NCBI GenBank assembly: GCA_023131705.1
Contig: JAGLZG010000182.1
Coordinates: 1-54,349 of the forward strand
From: Nanobdellota archaeon
GTDB taxonomy: Archaea > Nanobdellota > Nanobdellia > Woesearchaeales > B3-WOES
Direction of reading: 5' to 3'
Length of the DNA stretch: 54,349 nt
In this document: positions 32,931 to 41,270 of the stretch, in pieces
Position numbering within the stretch: position 1 is the stretch's first letter
Layout of the letters: each line of letters starts with the position of its first letter
Program-made: the position numbers and the translations under genes
The notes under the pieces: model-generated
Told to the model about the DNA's origin: nothing
Databases searched by the model: none
What the model saw: only the letters and a program-made list of their open reading frames with translations

Positions 32931-33705
32931 TTCATCCTTATCAGCTTTTGTCAAATGCCCTGCCTATGGCATGTATAAATACATTCTTAAACTTACTAAA
33001 AAAACATCTGCAAATCCCAACAGAGATGCTTTATTTGGCACGATAGTTCATCGGGCTTTAAAAATTTATGGTGATACACAAAGTCCTGAAGAAGCTATCA
33101 AAAGTATCTACTCTGACCCAGAAGGTCAATTCCTGTCAGCCCACTCTAAAAAAAGTTTAGCTGTTGCTGACATCCTTGCTAGGAAGGAAATACGCATACT
33201 TCAAGGTTATAACATAAAGGAAGTTGAGAAAGATTTCCAATTTCCTGTCGGGGAACACTTCTGGGTTGGAAGATGGGACTCTATCATTGAGGACAAAGGC
33301 TTAGTCTATGTTATAGATTATAAAACAACAGGAGACGCTGAATTCCAACTAAGACCAAATAGTCAAATCCTCTCTTACTATGTCGGGGCTTCCAAGTATT
33401 TTAAAAACTTGGGTGGTGTTTACATTCACGTGCTTAGGGCATCAGATTGCACGATTCAATCTTTCTACATCAAGCCCTCTTTTAGTGAAGTGGAAGAATG
33501 GAAAGATGATACCATTTGGCAAATGAAGCAAATTTCATCCTACATAGACTTAGGGATTTTTCCAAAAAACCCTGCTTCTTGTAACCTCTACAGGAGACCT
33601 TGTGAGTATCTACCTTTGTGTCAAAGTTTCGGGAAAGTAAGAGAAGTCCTTATGCAGAATGACTATGTTAAACAAGATAGGAGGTGTTTAAATGAGGCTG
33701 AGTGA
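32917..33705 (+). CDS. PD-(D/E)XK nuclease, Cas4/RecB-like with a Cys cluster
   Basis: There is one N-terminal Cys (FVKCP), the core GRWDSII...VIDYKT...QILSYY, and C-terminal CNLYRRPCEYLPLC. Confidence 0.7.
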   Translation: MYLSNSSLSAFVKCPAYGMYKYILKLTKKTSANPNRDALFGTIVHRALKIYGDTQSPEEAIKSIYSDPEGQFLSAHSKKSLAVADILARKEIRILQGYNIKEVEKDFQFPVGEHFWVGRWDSIIEDKGLVYVIDYKTTGDAEFQLRPNSQILSYYVGASKYFKNLGGVYIHVLRASDCTIQSFYIKPSFSEVEEWKDDTIWQMKQISSYIDLGIFPKNPASCNLYRRPCEYLPLCQSFGKVREVLMQNDYVKQDRRCLNEAE

Positions 33706-34498
33706 AATGAAAACCATAAGCAGACTTGTTATCCTACTTTATGGAAGACCACTTGTAGGAAAGACAGTTCTCGCTTCACAATTTCCTTCGCCCACAATTA
33801 TTGAACTTGATGAAAAACTATCATCTGTCATGTCGTCTCGCAGCATGAATAATGAGAAGTTTGACTTGGATGCATTTTTCGTAACTAATGACACGACAAC
33901 AGACCCAGATTTTATAAAACTCTGTGGAGAGGGTTTTGCCAAACAAGACGCTTGGATTAAGACAAAAAAGTTGACAGAAGTTCTTCTTGAAACGCTCCCA
34001 CAAGATAGCACCTTAGTGATAGACAGCATCACAAGACTGTCTGAACACTTAATGCACTTTGTGGAAAAGCTCTCAAACAGAAAGCCCCTTCAAATTCAGG
34101 ACTGGAATACTTTCACAATGTATTTGTCGGAATATAGGGACTTGTTGAGAACCTCGAGTGCTAAGTGTAATGTCATCGTGATTGGTCATGAAGATGTTGT
34201 CGAGGATAAAGTAACTGGTGCGGTAGAAAAGATTTTATACTTACCCACAAGACAGCGTTATAGACTTCCAGCCATTGCTGATGAATATTGGCTTCTTAGA
34301 GCCGAACCTAAATTGAAGGATGGCAAGAGAGTAAGTCATAGAATTCTCCAAGTTATCCCTGATAGAATAACTCCTTGTGGCTCATCTCAATGGATGGGAA
34401 ATATAGAAGACCCAACTTATGAGAAGATTAAACCATATCTGGAAAAGGGTTTAGGAAGGAAACTCCCCGAGCCTACATGGACGCCTAAAGAAAGTTAA
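33692..34498 (+). CDS. AAA_24/Sak4-like RecA-fold ATPase
   Basis: Walker A is YGRPLVGKT and Walker B is LVIDSI. Confidence 0.65.
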   Translation: MRLSEMKTISRLVILLYGRPLVGKTVLASQFPSPTIIELDEKLSSVMSSRSMNNEKFDLDAFFVTNDTTTDPDFIKLCGEGFAKQDAWIKTKKLTEVLLETLPQDSTLVIDSITRLSEHLMHFVEKLSNRKPLQIQDWNTFTMYLSEYRDLLRTSSAKCNVIVIGHEDVVEDKVTGAVEKILYLPTRQRYRLPAIADEYWLLRAEPKLKDGKRVSHRILQVIPDRITPCGSSQWMGNIEDPTYEKIKPYLEKGLGRKLPEPTWTPKES

Positions 34499-34527
34499 AT
34501 AAACCAAATTTTTTGAGGAGGTGGCTA

Positions 34528-34905
34528 ATGCCATTACTTACTTTACCAAAAGACATCTCAGAGATGCAGGACGAGTTCACATCACTACCAACAGGTAGCT
34601 ACGAAGGGATTATCGATAGGGTTAACATCGGTAAAACTCAGAAGGGTAATCCAAAGATTGATGTGATGTGGAAGAACAAAGGAGAGGAAGGTGGAGTGGT
34701 TTGGGATACGGTAGCTTTGAATGTGGATTTCAAGGTGAAACAGTATGCTAAGTTACTTGGAGTAGATGCAGGAAATACCATAGACACAGACCTCTTAATT
34801 GGAGCAGAGGGAATTCTTGATGTTGTCGCAGAGTCTTATACAAATCCAACAACTGGTGAGACATCAACAAGACCTAAGATTAAAAGAATCTCCCCTGTAG
34901 CCTAA
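34528..34905 (+). CDS. DUF669-like protein (putative ssDNA-binding partner of the AAA_24 ATPase)
   Basis: It has the LPTGSYEGIIDRV motif, the expected position after the ATPase, and a GAGGAGG RBS at the ATG at 34528. Confidence 0.5.
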   Translation: MPLLTLPKDISEMQDEFTSLPTGSYEGIIDRVNIGKTQKGNPKIDVMWKNKGEEGGVVWDTVALNVDFKVKQYAKLLGVDAGNTIDTDLLIGAEGILDVVAESYTNPTTGETSTRPKIKRISPVA

Positions 34906-34913
34906 AACTGAAG

Positions 34914-34943
34914 AAGAGAGGCATGAAAGTGCCTCTCTTTTTT
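34914..34943 (+). terminator. rho-independent terminator
   Basis: AGAGAGGCA-tgaaag-TGCCTCTCT followed by TTTTT. Confidence 0.75.
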
Positions 34944-34956
34944 GTTTAAAAATCTA

Positions 34957-34973
34957 GGTTTCTTGATGAAACC
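34957..34973. repeat. short hairpin-family copy GGTTTC-ttgat-GAAACC abutting an RBS
   Basis: AAGGAGG begins immediately 3' of the hairpin. Confidence 0.45.
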
Positions 34974-34987
34974 AAGGAGGTTTAAAA

Positions 34988-35164
34988 ATGGTTAAAGTTA
35001 TTTTAGTCACAAGACTTTTGGAAGAAAGATTTTTAGAGGATTTACAAAACACTCTTAAAGAAATTCAATCAAAAGGAAATGAAATATTTGATATTAAATA
35101 TTCAACATTACCTACTAATGGATATAGTGCCTTAATCCTTTATCAACCAAAGAGAATTTTATGA
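34988..35164 (+). CDS. 58-aa hypothetical protein (not in the ORF track)
   Basis: AAGGAGG RBS; its stop is ATGA-coupled to the methyltransferase start. Confidence 0.55.
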   Translation: MVKVILVTRLLEERFLEDLQNTLKEIQSKGNEIFDIKYSTLPTNGYSALILYQPKRIL

Positions 35165-36453
35165 AAATCCCAATAGGTAAGTTCACCTTAATAGACGACT
35201 ATAGAGAAGATGTAGGAGATGTAGGTGAGTTAGCTCGCTCTATAGCCGACCCTGATATTCGCCTTCTCCACCTTATTCGTGTGGATAAAAACTTCAATAT
35301 TCTTGAAGGAAGAAGAAGATTCAGAGCCTTTAGGGATTACCTAAAGTTAGAAGAACTTGAGGAAGGTGTTCATTTTATTTTTTCAGGAAACGCCACAAGT
35401 GGCACTCCTATTGCTCTAAGAATTCAATGGGAAGAAAACATACAAAGGAAAGACTTCACTCCAAAAGAAGCTTCTCAACTCCTTATAGCCCTTCACAACA
35501 AAATGAAGGAAACAGATAAAGACTGGACACAATCCGCCACTGCTAAATTAGTGCGGAAAAGTAAAGGTTATGTTTCAAAGCTCCTCTACATGGCGGAGAA
35601 TTCGGAAATCATTGAAGATTGTGAAACAATAGAAGAGGCTTTAGATAAATTAAGTAAAGTAAAAGCAAAAGGTCTTCTTAAAAATATCAGACAACACAAG
35701 GTTGATAAGATAAAAAAAGAAGCCCCAAAGAGTGATAAATTCAAACTCTACAACGAGTCTCTTAAACTTTGTGATTGTCAAGAAGGTGTTAAGGGGATTG
35801 AAGACAATAGCCAAGACCTTATCTATTGTGACCCGCCTTTCGGGATAGACTTAGATGACACTTTGGATGGAGGGATAAACTATGACATCTACAAAGATGA
35901 TGCTAAGACTATTATCCAACTTTTAAAAGCTATGTCGACTCAATGGTTTAGAGTTGCAAGAGAGAATAGTTTCATTGTAGTATGGACAAGTTTTGAACAC
36001 TCTGGACTATTAACCACAATTTTAATGAACGCAGGTTTCAAGATAAAACTTGTTCCTTTTGTTTGGGTTAAAAGTAATGCTCAAGCGATAAGCAGAGACC
36101 AACAAACAGGGATAGGGTGTATTACAGAATTCGCCGTCTATGGTTATAAAGGGCTACCTTTTATGAAAAGAAGATTAACCTCTAATGTTCTCTACTTTCC
36201 TACTATAAAGAAAGAGAGAGTGCACGTTGCTCAAAAATCTGAAGCCCTCCACAAAGAACTACTTACAACCTTCGCAGACCCTGCTATGACGGTTCTTGAT
36301 TGTTTTGCAGGAAGTGGTTCAATAGAAAGAGCTTGTGTGGATTTGGGAATGAAAGTTATGGGTTTTGAGAAAGACAAGGACACTTTTAATAACGCCATTT
36401 CTTATGGTTATAACTATTACAACAAAACGGAGGATAAAAATGATGTTACCTAG
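35161..36453 (+). CDS. ParB-like N-terminal domain fused to a beta-class DNA (N6A/N4C) methyltransferase
   Basis: The ParB-like segment is ILEGRRRFRAF. Motif IV is CDPPFG and motif I is DCFAGSGS, in the order IV then I. Confidence 0.8.
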   Translation: MKIPIGKFTLIDDYREDVGDVGELARSIADPDIRLLHLIRVDKNFNILEGRRRFRAFRDYLKLEELEEGVHFIFSGNATSGTPIALRIQWEENIQRKDFTPKEASQLLIALHNKMKETDKDWTQSATAKLVRKSKGYVSKLLYMAENSEIIEDCETIEEALDKLSKVKAKGLLKNIRQHKVDKIKKEAPKSDKFKLYNESLKLCDCQEGVKGIEDNSQDLIYCDPPFGIDLDDTLDGGINYDIYKDDAKTIIQLLKAMSTQWFRVARENSFIVVWTSFEHSGLLTTILMNAGFKIKLVPFVWVKSNAQAISRDQQTGIGCITEFAVYGYKGLPFMKRRLTSNVLYFPTIKKERVHVAQKSEALHKELLTTFADPAMTVLDCFAGSGSIERACVDLGMKVMGFEKDKDTFNNAISYGYNYYNKTEDKNDVT

Positions 36454-36658
36454 AATTATACTATTCATCATAGGTGTAGGTCTTATAATGAGTTCCACTT
36501 ATTATGGTCTATATTTTGGAATAATAGATATAATAAATGGTTTTCAAGGTGGGATAGCAGAAGAAGTCGCAAGCGGTTTTGTTACATTGTTCTATTTTCC
36601 TTTTGCCTTCTTATTAGGGTTTATTTGTGTTATGAGTTCTATTGTTCCTCGAAATTAG
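36440..36658 (+). CDS. small 2-TM membrane protein (paralog A)
   Basis: 72 aa from the RBS-supported ATG at 36440. It is similar in pattern to 36667..36882. Confidence 0.5.
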   Translation: MMLPRIILFIIGVGLIMSSTYYGLYFGIIDIINGFQGGIAEEVASGFVTLFYFPFAFLLGFICVMSSIVPRN

Positions 36659-36666
36659 GAGGATAG

Positions 36667-36882
36667 ATGTTTAGAATTATATTAGGAACTATTAGTTTTC
36701 TTTATGTATTTTTCTGTTTTTATGCTTTCTTGTATACAGGAACAATGTCTGTAGTTCAAGGTCTTAGTGGTATAATAAGTCCTCATCAAGTAGGTATAGG
36801 AGTTGTTCTTTTAGTTTGTTTTCCTCTTAATCTTGCAACTGCTTTTTATATCCTTTACTTAGCTATTTCAGGAAATAAATAG
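36667..36882 (+). CDS. small 2-TM membrane protein (paralog B)
   Basis: 71 aa. It shares the pattern RIIL..I...Y...G...G..G.I...G...FP with paralog A. Confidence 0.5.
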   Translation: MFRIILGTISFLYVFFCFYAFLYTGTMSVVQGLSGIISPHQVGIGVVLLVCFPLNLATAFYILYLAISGNK

Positions 36883-39200
36883 TGTCTATCATAAATAGGA
36901 AACAAATTCCTGATACTCCATCAAAAATAGCCATTGTAGGTGAATGTTGGGGAAGAAACGAAGAAATAGAAGGCAGACCCTTTGTCGGGGCTTCTGGAAA
37001 ACTTCTAACTTATCTAACAAGACAAGCAGGTTTAAGTAGAGAGCAGTGTTATATAACAAATGTAGTTAATAAGAAACCTCAAGATAATAAATTCTACATG
37101 TTTTCTAAAGAGGAAATAACAAAAGGTGTCGATGAACTTAAAGATGATTTGGAGAAATGGCAGCTTGATGGATTAAACATAGTGGCGGCTCTTGGAGGTA
37201 ATGCTCTTGAGCAGTTAACAGGATTGACTGGGATTATGAAATATAGAGGAAGTATCTTAGAATCAACTTTAGTTAAGGGACTTAAGGTAATTCCTACAAT
37301 CCACCCTGCTATGTTAATAAGGGGACAGACTGGTTGCAATCCAATAGTTGTCGCTGACCTAAGAAAAGTTAAAAAAGAAAGTGAGTTTCCCGAAAGAAAA
37401 ATTCCTGTTAGAGAAATCCAAGTAGTGAAAGACCCTACAACTGCAATTGCTTTATTAGAAAGTGTTACTGATATAGAAAAACCTGTAGCTTGTGATATTG
37501 AAACTCCTATAAAACAGGGAAAGAAAAGACTCTTGTCGTATGGAGTTGCTACTTCAACAAGTAAAGCATTTGTTCTCACAGAACCTATTTTGAAAATTCC
37601 CAGAGTTCTAAGAGCTTTAGGAGTTTTTAGTAAATCCAAAACAAGAAAAATTTTTCATAATGCAAACTTTGATGCTTTTGTTCTTGCCCACTCTTATAAG
37701 ATAGTTACCAAAAACATAGAGGACACAATGATAGCCCAGCATATTTGTTACCCCTTTCTACCTGCACTTCTAAAACCTAAGAGTTTAGCCTTCTGTGGTT
37801 CTATGTATACTAATGAACCTTATTGGAAAGACACAATGGGTAGAGAACTCTACATCTACAATGGGAAGGATTGTTGTATAACTTATGAAGTCTACAATGC
37901 CTTACAAAAAGAAATGGACAGTTGGGGTGTTAGGGAAGTTTATGAGAAAGACAGAGAACTTATAGAACCGCTCTTAACTATGGAGTTGAAAGGTATTCCA
38001 GTGAGTATGGAAACTTTAAAGAGGATTAAGGAAAAGAATGAACTTATCATAGAGAAATTAGAGATTATAAAAAAAGAAACTATCGGAGATGTTAATGTCC
38101 AAAGCCCAAAGCAAATGAACACCCTCCTTTATAATCTCTGGAGATTTCCCCCTGTCGTGAAGGATGGTAAAATAACAACAGATGTGAAGGCAATGAATAA
38201 GTTAGAATCAATCCCTACTCCTTATCAACCCCTTATAGGTTTGATTAAAAAATTAAGGAAGCATTATACAATGAGAGGCTTCTATAACCTAACCCTCGAT
38301 GAGGACAATAGAATGAGGGCGGATTTCAAAATTGCTGGAACACTTAGTGGCAGACTCGCATCATCTGAAATGGAGGGGACTGGTATTGGAAGAAATCTAC
38401 AAAATATTCCTAAACCTCTTAGGGAAATCTACATTCCAGATGAAGGTAAAATATTCATAAATGTGGATTTAAGTCAAGCAGAAGCAAGAGTTGTCGCAGC
38501 ACTTTGTGGTGACAAAGAATGGGTTGAGGAGTTTGAAAGAGAGGACACATATATAAGAATTGCTTCATTTCTATTTAATGTCAAGAAAGAAGATGTTACA
38601 GATGACCAAAGACAAGATGCAAAGACTATCACCCATGCTTGTAACTATGGAGAAAGTTGGAAAGGTTTAAGCGAAACTTTAAAAGTAACTGCCCAAAGAG
38701 CAAAATTTCTTATGGCGAAACTCTATGAAATTAGACCTTTTTTAGAAAAATGGCACGATGAAGTAGCAAGACAAGTAAAGGTAGATAGAATACTAAGAAG
38801 CTCCTACGGAAGAATCATCCAGTTTTTTGGTTTAGTATCCCAGAAAGACATAAGAACTGCCTTGAGTTTCAACCCTCAAGGAATTGTCGCAGACTACCTA
38901 AATAGAGGTATCATCTCTATCTATAACAACATAGATGAAGCAGAACTCCTATTACAAGTGCATGATAGTATTTTATTCCAAGTGGACAATAACTATGAAG
39001 TTGTGAAGAGTGTTATAGAAAGAGTAAGAGAGTTAATGAAACAAACTCTTACTGTCAATAATTTTAGTTTCGTTATCCCTTGTGATTTTGAGATTGGTTA
39101 CAATTGGTATCATCTTTCTAAAGTAAAAGGGGATTTTGACTTAATATGGAGGGAAGTTAATGAAAGAACTGTTAAAACAAGAAAGGATTTATCTAACTGA
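36882..39200 (+). CDS. family A DNA polymerase with N-terminal family-4 UDG-like domain and 3'-5' exonuclease domain
   Basis: UDG-like segments are VGECWG..E..GRPFVGASGKLL and IHPA. The exonuclease motif is ACDIET. Pol motifs are A (DLSQAEARV), B (RQDAKTITHACNYG) and C (QVHDS). Confidence 0.92.
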   Translation: MSIINRKQIPDTPSKIAIVGECWGRNEEIEGRPFVGASGKLLTYLTRQAGLSREQCYITNVVNKKPQDNKFYMFSKEEITKGVDELKDDLEKWQLDGLNIVAALGGNALEQLTGLTGIMKYRGSILESTLVKGLKVIPTIHPAMLIRGQTGCNPIVVADLRKVKKESEFPERKIPVREIQVVKDPTTAIALLESVTDIEKPVACDIETPIKQGKKRLLSYGVATSTSKAFVLTEPILKIPRVLRALGVFSKSKTRKIFHNANFDAFVLAHSYKIVTKNIEDTMIAQHICYPFLPALLKPKSLAFCGSMYTNEPYWKDTMGRELYIYNGKDCCITYEVYNALQKEMDSWGVREVYEKDRELIEPLLTMELKGIPVSMETLKRIKEKNELIIEKLEIIKKETIGDVNVQSPKQMNTLLYNLWRFPPVVKDGKITTDVKAMNKLESIPTPYQPLIGLIKKLRKHYTMRGFYNLTLDEDNRMRADFKIAGTLSGRLASSEMEGTGIGRNLQNIPKPLREIYIPDEGKIFINVDLSQAEARVVAALCGDKEWVEEFEREDTYIRIASFLFNVKKEDVTDDQRQDAKTITHACNYGESWKGLSETLKVTAQRAKFLMAKLYEIRPFLEKWHDEVARQVKVDRILRSSYGRIIQFFGLVSQKDIRTALSFNPQGIVADYLNRGIISIYNNIDEAELLLQVHDSILFQVDNNYEVVKSVIERVRELMKQTLTVNNFSFVIPCDFEIGYNWYHLSKVKGDFDLIWREVNERTVKTRKDLSN

Positions 39201-39465
39201 CAAACAGGTAACTAATTTAAGCAGAATTATACCTAAAGAGTTTATCCCTAAATATGCACCTTTAATCAAGGTGATTGGTAAAATCCCTAACATAGAAGCA
39301 ACTTTTGTTGTGGACGAAATGACTTGGCATATAATATGTAGTGAGGCGGCGAGAAGAAGAATACCTGCTAAAGAACTTATTAAGGAGTTTACTTGTAAAG
39401 AAGTCTGTCGGTTGGATAAAGACTACAAAGCAATTTATCCACTTATCAAGGCTTTAACAATATGA
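39160..39465 (+). CDS. hypothetical protein
   Basis: 101 aa with a GGAGGG RBS. It overlaps the polymerase 3' end. Confidence 0.5.
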   Translation: MKELLKQERIYLTDKQVTNLSRIIPKEFIPKYAPLIKVIGKIPNIEATFVVDEMTWHIICSEAARRRIPAKELIKEFTCKEVCRLDKDYKAIYPLIKALTI

Positions 39466-40673
39466 AGAACTTCCACATACCTGCCGTTTTAAAAACTTAC
39501 TTAAACTACACCGAAGGTAATGAAACACCTGAGATATTCCACTTTTGGGTTGGAGTCTCAATCTTAGCAGGTGCTTGTGAAAGGCGAGTATGGATAGATA
39601 CAGGATTTTTCAAATCTGCCCTCAACTTCTACATCGTGCTTGTTTCCCCACCTGGGATTTGTGGTAAAAACACTGCCTTTGGTTTAGGTTATAAATTACT
39701 CCGAGCTTCAGACTTCACAATTATAAGAGATGCCATCACAAAGGAGAAGATAATTGTGGAGATGGAAGATTGTCGAAAAGTCTTCAATGTTCCCGACACA
39801 GCTAAGATTTTTCAACATTCCTCTATCACACTTGTCGAAGAGGAACTAAATGTCTTGGCTACTACAGGGCAAGAGATGATTAAGTTTCTCACATCTATAT
39901 TTGACACTCTGGATGTCTACACTTATAAAACAAAGGGTCAAGGTCAATTCGAACTAATAAATCCTTGCCTAAATCTTGGTGGAGCGGCAGTCCCTTCTTG
40001 GTTTTCCACCTCTGTCGGGGATGATGTGTCTAACATGGGTTTTGTCGCAAGGTGTATTACAGTGTATGAGAATGAACCCAGAGGTTCACATCCAATCCCT
40101 TACATGACCCCTCAACAAAAGGCTCTTAAAGGTAAGATAGTTTCTAAACTTGACGAGATTGGTGGAATGTTTGGACCTTTAAACTTCAACAAAGAAGCCA
40201 GTGAATTCTTTATAGATTGGTATGAAAAACATCCTCTTGATATTACAGAGGATTATAGAATATTAGGTTATTTGGTTAGAAAGAGAAGGATTCATATTTG
40301 GAAATTAGCTGGATTGTTTGCTGTTGCTTCTGGAAGATATATAATAGAGTGTGATGATGTTTTGGGAGCTATTGAAGTTTTAGATTACACTGAGAGGAAA
40401 ATGCGACTGGCTTTTTCATCTATGGGAAGTAACAGAGTTGCCCATATTTCTAATAAACTCATAACTTTCCTCGTTAATTGTAATGGAAAGGCAACTCTTG
40501 AAGAGATTGTTAGGAAATTTTATACCGAACCCTCTATGACAAGGGAAGATTTCAAAGCCGCTATTGAGACAATACAAGAAATGAGAATAGCAAGACTTGT
40601 CTATGTCGGGAATGATAGGTATTTAGAGTTATTAGTAACGGATAAGAAATTGTTAGATAGGTTTAGAGGATAA
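39462..40673 (+). CDS. DUF3987-like P-loop ATPase (putative replicative helicase/primase-associated)
   Basis: It has a Walker A-like segment SPPGICGKNT after a hydrophobic N-terminal region, and is the last gene of the replication block. Confidence 0.45.
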   Translation: MKNFHIPAVLKTYLNYTEGNETPEIFHFWVGVSILAGACERRVWIDTGFFKSALNFYIVLVSPPGICGKNTAFGLGYKLLRASDFTIIRDAITKEKIIVEMEDCRKVFNVPDTAKIFQHSSITLVEEELNVLATTGQEMIKFLTSIFDTLDVYTYKTKGQGQFELINPCLNLGGAAVPSWFSTSVGDDVSNMGFVARCITVYENEPRGSHPIPYMTPQQKALKGKIVSKLDEIGGMFGPLNFNKEASEFFIDWYEKHPLDITEDYRILGYLVRKRRIHIWKLAGLFAVASGRYIIECDDVLGAIEVLDYTERKMRLAFSSMGSNRVAHISNKLITFLVNCNGKATLEEIVRKFYTEPSMTREDFKAAIETIQEMRIARLVYVGNDRYLELLVTDKKLLDRFRG

Positions 40674-40697
40674 GTAGGTTTCCTCAGGAAACCTACT
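40673..40697. terminator. bidirectional terminator; perfect hairpin AGTAGGTTTC-ctcag-GAAACCTACT
   Basis: 10-bp perfect stem between convergent operons, followed by CTTTTATT. Confidence 0.7.
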
Positions 40698-40707
40698 CTT
40701 TTATTAC

Positions 40708-40974
40708 CTAATGATGAGTTGCGGCATAAACAAGTAATCCTATGCTTAGGGAAGTCAAAATAGTTATCAGAGCAGTTGCCCAATTGGGTAACCTTTTACT
40801 TAGATTGTTTGCAATATCCTTCATCCCTTCTTCCATGACCTTCAATCGCTCACAGTGTCTTTTAAGTCCTGCGTCTAATCCTTTCCAGAGACCCTTTATT
40901 TCTTTTTGAATGCCTGCAACATGTACTTCACAGTCTCTTTGTCTTTCCTCTACTTTATCAATTCTTTCTTCCAT
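40708..40974 (-). CDS. XhlA-like coiled-coil protein with C-terminal TM
   Basis: 88 aa from the RBS-supported ATG at 40974, with a coiled coil and the TM segment WATALITILTSLSIGLLVY. Confidence 0.45.
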   Translation of the reverse strand: MEERIDKVEERQRDCEVHVAGIQKEIKGLWKGLDAGLKRHCERLKVMEEGMKDIANNLSKRLPNWATALITILTSLSIGLLVYAATHH

Positions 40975-40975
40975 T

Positions 40976-41131
40976 TTATTTCTCCTTTCGCCATACATCA
41001 TAAGAGTTTGACTGATAAAAACCCCTGCAAGTTATCTCTATTTCCTCTTTTGTTACCTTAGCAACTGTTCCTTTTTTACCATATTGGTTTGTTACTTCGT
41101 CGCCAACTTTAACTTGTCCTTTTATTTCCAC
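40976..41131 (-). CDS. 51-aa KOW-like micro-protein (tentative, not in the ORF track)
   Basis: GTG start after GGAGA. The segment GDEVTNQYGKKGTVAKV resembles a KOW motif. Confidence 0.3.
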   Translation of the reverse strand: MEIKGQVKVGDEVTNQYGKKGTVAKVTKEEIEITCRGFYQSNSYDVWRKEK

Positions 41132-41270
41132 TTTGCTTCTCCAGCTTATCATCACAGATTTTATTGAGGTTTTCCCCAGCGTGTATCAGTTTCGTAATCA
41201 TCCGCCCTGTCTTGTCATCTGGCACAAGCTCGTATTTCAGCCCATCTATCACAACTGTATCACCCATCAT
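41109..41270 (-). CDS. 53-aa hypothetical protein (not in the ORF track)
   Basis: It is ATGA-coupled to the stop of 41267..41938. Confidence 0.4.
   Translation of the reverse strand: MMGDTVVIDGLKYELVPDDKTGRMITKLIHAGENLNKICDDKLEKQSGNKRTS

Noticed and set aside
37094-37639. 181-aa minus-strand ORF inside the polymerase gene, and similar antisense ORFs (475..711, 20592..21014, 28363..28767, 28773..29051, 32657..32935, 33739..34032, 50564..50818, 53264..53596 and others)
   Set aside because: These are shadow ORFs opposite well-supported genes. They have low-complexity Ser/Leu/Phe-rich translations, no RBS, and break the operon logic.
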